A stretch of 64,000 nt of DNA from Bdellovibrionota bacterium (lineage in GTDB: Bacteria > Bdellovibrionota_C > UBA2361 > JBGSMV01), in NCBI GenBank assembly GCA_041739995.1, contig JBGSMV010000033.1:1-64000 (forward strand), in the 5' to 3' direction. The notes under the pieces were generated by a model, which did not search any database, was not told where the DNA came from, and saw only the letters and a program-made list of their open reading frames with translations. Shown here one piece after another: positions 62,081 to 64,000 of the stretch (position 1 is the first letter of the stretch; each line of letters starts with the position of its first letter). Made by a program: the position numbers and the translations under genes.

Positions 62081-62998
62081 ATGTTCGAGGGGAAATTTTT
62101 CACAGACGTAAAACTCTTTTTCTCTTCGCTTTTTAATACCGCGATGGAGGCCTGGCATTTTCAACTCGCCGAGGTCGATAAGAGTTCTATCACCGTCGGT
62201 AAAGTAGCCTTCGCGTTTGCTCTAGTAATTTTCGGCTTCATTCTTTCCAAGTACCTTAGCCGACGTCTTGCCACTCGCCTGCTGCCAGTACTGAGATTCA
62301 ATAAAGGAGCGATCTCAGCTCTTGAATCGATTGCGTTTTATTTTCTTCTGGTCCTATTTGTCGTTATCGCCTTTCGAATCGTGCACATTCCGCTGACCGT
62401 ATTCACCCTGCTCGGTGGCGCAATCGCAATCGGTGTTGGATTCGGAAGTCAGAATATAATGAGCAATTTTATCAGTGGACTCATTATCCTTGCGGAGCAA
62501 CCGATCCGCGTGGGCGACATCATTGATTTTGCGGGAACCCGTGGAACCGTAAAACGGATTGGGGCTCGTAGTACTGTGGTAACTTCGCCAGAAAACTACG
62601 ACGTAATCGTACCCAACAGCATCCTACTTCAGAGCAGTGTGATTAATTGGACACTCTCCAATAATCAGGTGAAGCGACAAATCACCATTGGCGTAGCCTA
62701 CGGCTCAGCCACAGAACGAGTAAAGGAGGTGCTGCTGGAGGTGGCAAAGTCCCTACCTGGGATTCTCCCTAACCCGTCTCCCGATGTCTATTTTACTAAT
62801 TTTGGTGAAAGTTCCCTCGACTTTGAGCTTCGGTTCTGGGTTTCAGTGCGCGGTATTGGAGAGGCACTCAGAATTGAGAGTGATGCACGATTCGCCATAG
62901 ATAAGGCCTTTAGGGAGAACTCGATTTCGATTTCGTTCCCCCAAAGAGATCTGCACGTGGACTCACTGAGGCCGATTGAAGTGAAAATGGTCTCATAG
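62081..62998 (+). CDS. MscS-family mechanosensitive channel
   Basis: GAIAIGVGFGSQNI..NFISG, PIRVGD, VPNS, GVAYG and FGESSL.F; ATG 62081. Confidence 0.9.
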   Translation: MFEGKFFTDVKLFFSSLFNTAMEAWHFQLAEVDKSSITVGKVAFAFALVIFGFILSKYLSRRLATRLLPVLRFNKGAISALESIAFYFLLVLFVVIAFRIVHIPLTVFTLLGGAIAIGVGFGSQNIMSNFISGLIILAEQPIRVGDIIDFAGTRGTVKRIGARSTVVTSPENYDVIVPNSILLQSSVINWTLSNNQVKRQITIGVAYGSATERVKEVLLEVAKSLPGILPNPSPDVYFTNFGESSLDFELRFWVSVRGIGEALRIESDARFAIDKAFRENSISISFPQRDLHVDSLRPIEVKMVS

Positions 62999-63066
62999 AA
63001 CAACGCACTCTCGGTAGAAACACCGCGTACGGCGCATTCAAAGAGCAGTCGATCGACAAGCCGTTC

Positions 63067-64000
63067 TCAGGCAAATACGGAACGCGCTTTGCGAATTGCC
63101 TGGCACAGCGCAGTGACATCACCCGGGCAACTATAGATTCCTAGACTCGCACGAACAGTGGACTGAATGCCAAGATGCATCAATGCAGGCATCGCGCAGT
63201 GATGCCCCGCACGCACTTGAACATTGAGCGAATCTGCGATCGTAGAAAAATCATGCGGGTGCACACCTTCAACATTGAACGGTACTATTGAGACCTGCCC
63301 AGAAGGTCCCCCCGCTCGGGGACCGTACAAAGTCACCCCAGGCTCTGAAGATAGCGCGTCCCAGCACAGCTCAAACAACACATGCTCATGCTCCGCTATG
63401 GCCTTCCAGCCCACACTCTGAACAAAGTCGATAGCAGTTCCAAGTGCGATCGCCTCAGCAATCGCCGGTGTTCCCGCTTCAAACTTCTGAGGCGGCTCTG
63501 CCCAAGTGGAACCGTCCACTGTAACCGTGGCGATCATATCGCCCCCGCCTTGAAAGGGCTCCATGCGCGGATACATTTCTTCTCGGACGTACAGCGCTCC
63601 GATACCGGTCGGGCCATACAACTTGTGGCCAGAGAATGCGAAGAAGTCGCACCCTATATCTTCAACACGAGTCGGCATATGCGCGACGTGTTGAGCTCCG
63701 TCCACCAGAGTTATGGCGCCGATCTCTTTGGCTTGGCGCACGAGCTCCTTGATCGGAAGCACCGAACCAAACGCGTTGGATATCGAAGTAACCGCCACAA
63801 GCTTAGGTTTTAAGTTGAGCAGCTTTGCACGAAAGTCCTCTTCGTCAATCACCGCATACTTGTTCATTTCAACAAATGCGACGCGAACTCCTCGGCGCTT
63901 TGCCAATAATTGCCACGGCACAATGTTCGAGTGGTGCTCGAGCATAGAAAGAAGCACCACATCTCCCGGCTGAAACTCGTTTTCGAGAGCATGTGCGACC
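63067..64000 (-). CDS. sufS: SufS-type cysteine desulfurase (5'-truncated by the window edge)
   Basis: EHHSNIVPW, DGAQ, FSGHK.YGPTG, EAGTP and RAGHHCA. Confidence 0.92.
   Translation of the reverse strand, partial: VAHALENEFQPGDVVLLSMLEHHSNIVPWQLLAKRRGVRVAFVEMNKYAVIDEEDFRAKLLNLKPKLVAVTSISNAFGSVLPIKELVRQAKEIGAITLVDGAQHVAHMPTRVEDIGCDFFAFSGHKLYGPTGIGALYVREEMYPRMEPFQGGGDMIATVTVDGSTWAEPPQKFEAGTPAIAEAIALGTAIDFVQSVGWKAIAEHEHVLFELCWDALSSEPGVTLYGPRAGGPSGQVSIVPFNVEGVHPHDFSTIADSLNVQVRAGHHCAMPALMHLGIQSTVRASLGIYSCPGDVTALCQAIRKARSVFA

Overview
Bacterial chromosomal window of moderate GC, probably from a Bdellovibrionota/deltaproteobacteria-like lineage (inferred from gene style, not tested). Most of it is housekeeping: aspS, trkAH, a fragmented dcw cluster (mraZ-rsmH-ftsL-ftsI / murE-murF-mraY-murD / ftsW-murG), glmS, tRNA-Arg(TCG), thyA-folA, acnA, an MscS channel and a partial SufS. 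The first 9 kb are accessory. (1) An AbiEi-AbiEii type IV toxin-antitoxin operon lies next to tRNA-Leu(TAA) and a hairpin-interrupted tRNA remnant. It is translationally coupled to a metallophosphoesterase that the ORF track missed. (2) A metal/redox-stress locus has an ECF sigma factor, a zinc anti-sigma, an HMA-MauE protein and AhpD. It is followed by the best candidate novel system: an MNIO (DUF692) RiPP cluster with a secreted precursor carrying seven Cys-containing hexapeptide units between His-rich ends, plus DUF692, DUF2063 and DoxX. Shared ECF-type promoter motifs link the precursor and DoxX. Other oddities are a 1450-aa internally duplicated membrane protein inside the dcw cluster, an ECF sigma coupled to an anti-sigma-vWA fusion, a PP2C-like protein lacking its catalytic aspartates, and a large CSLREA surface protein. 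All family calls come from recognising motifs by eye; no searches were run.
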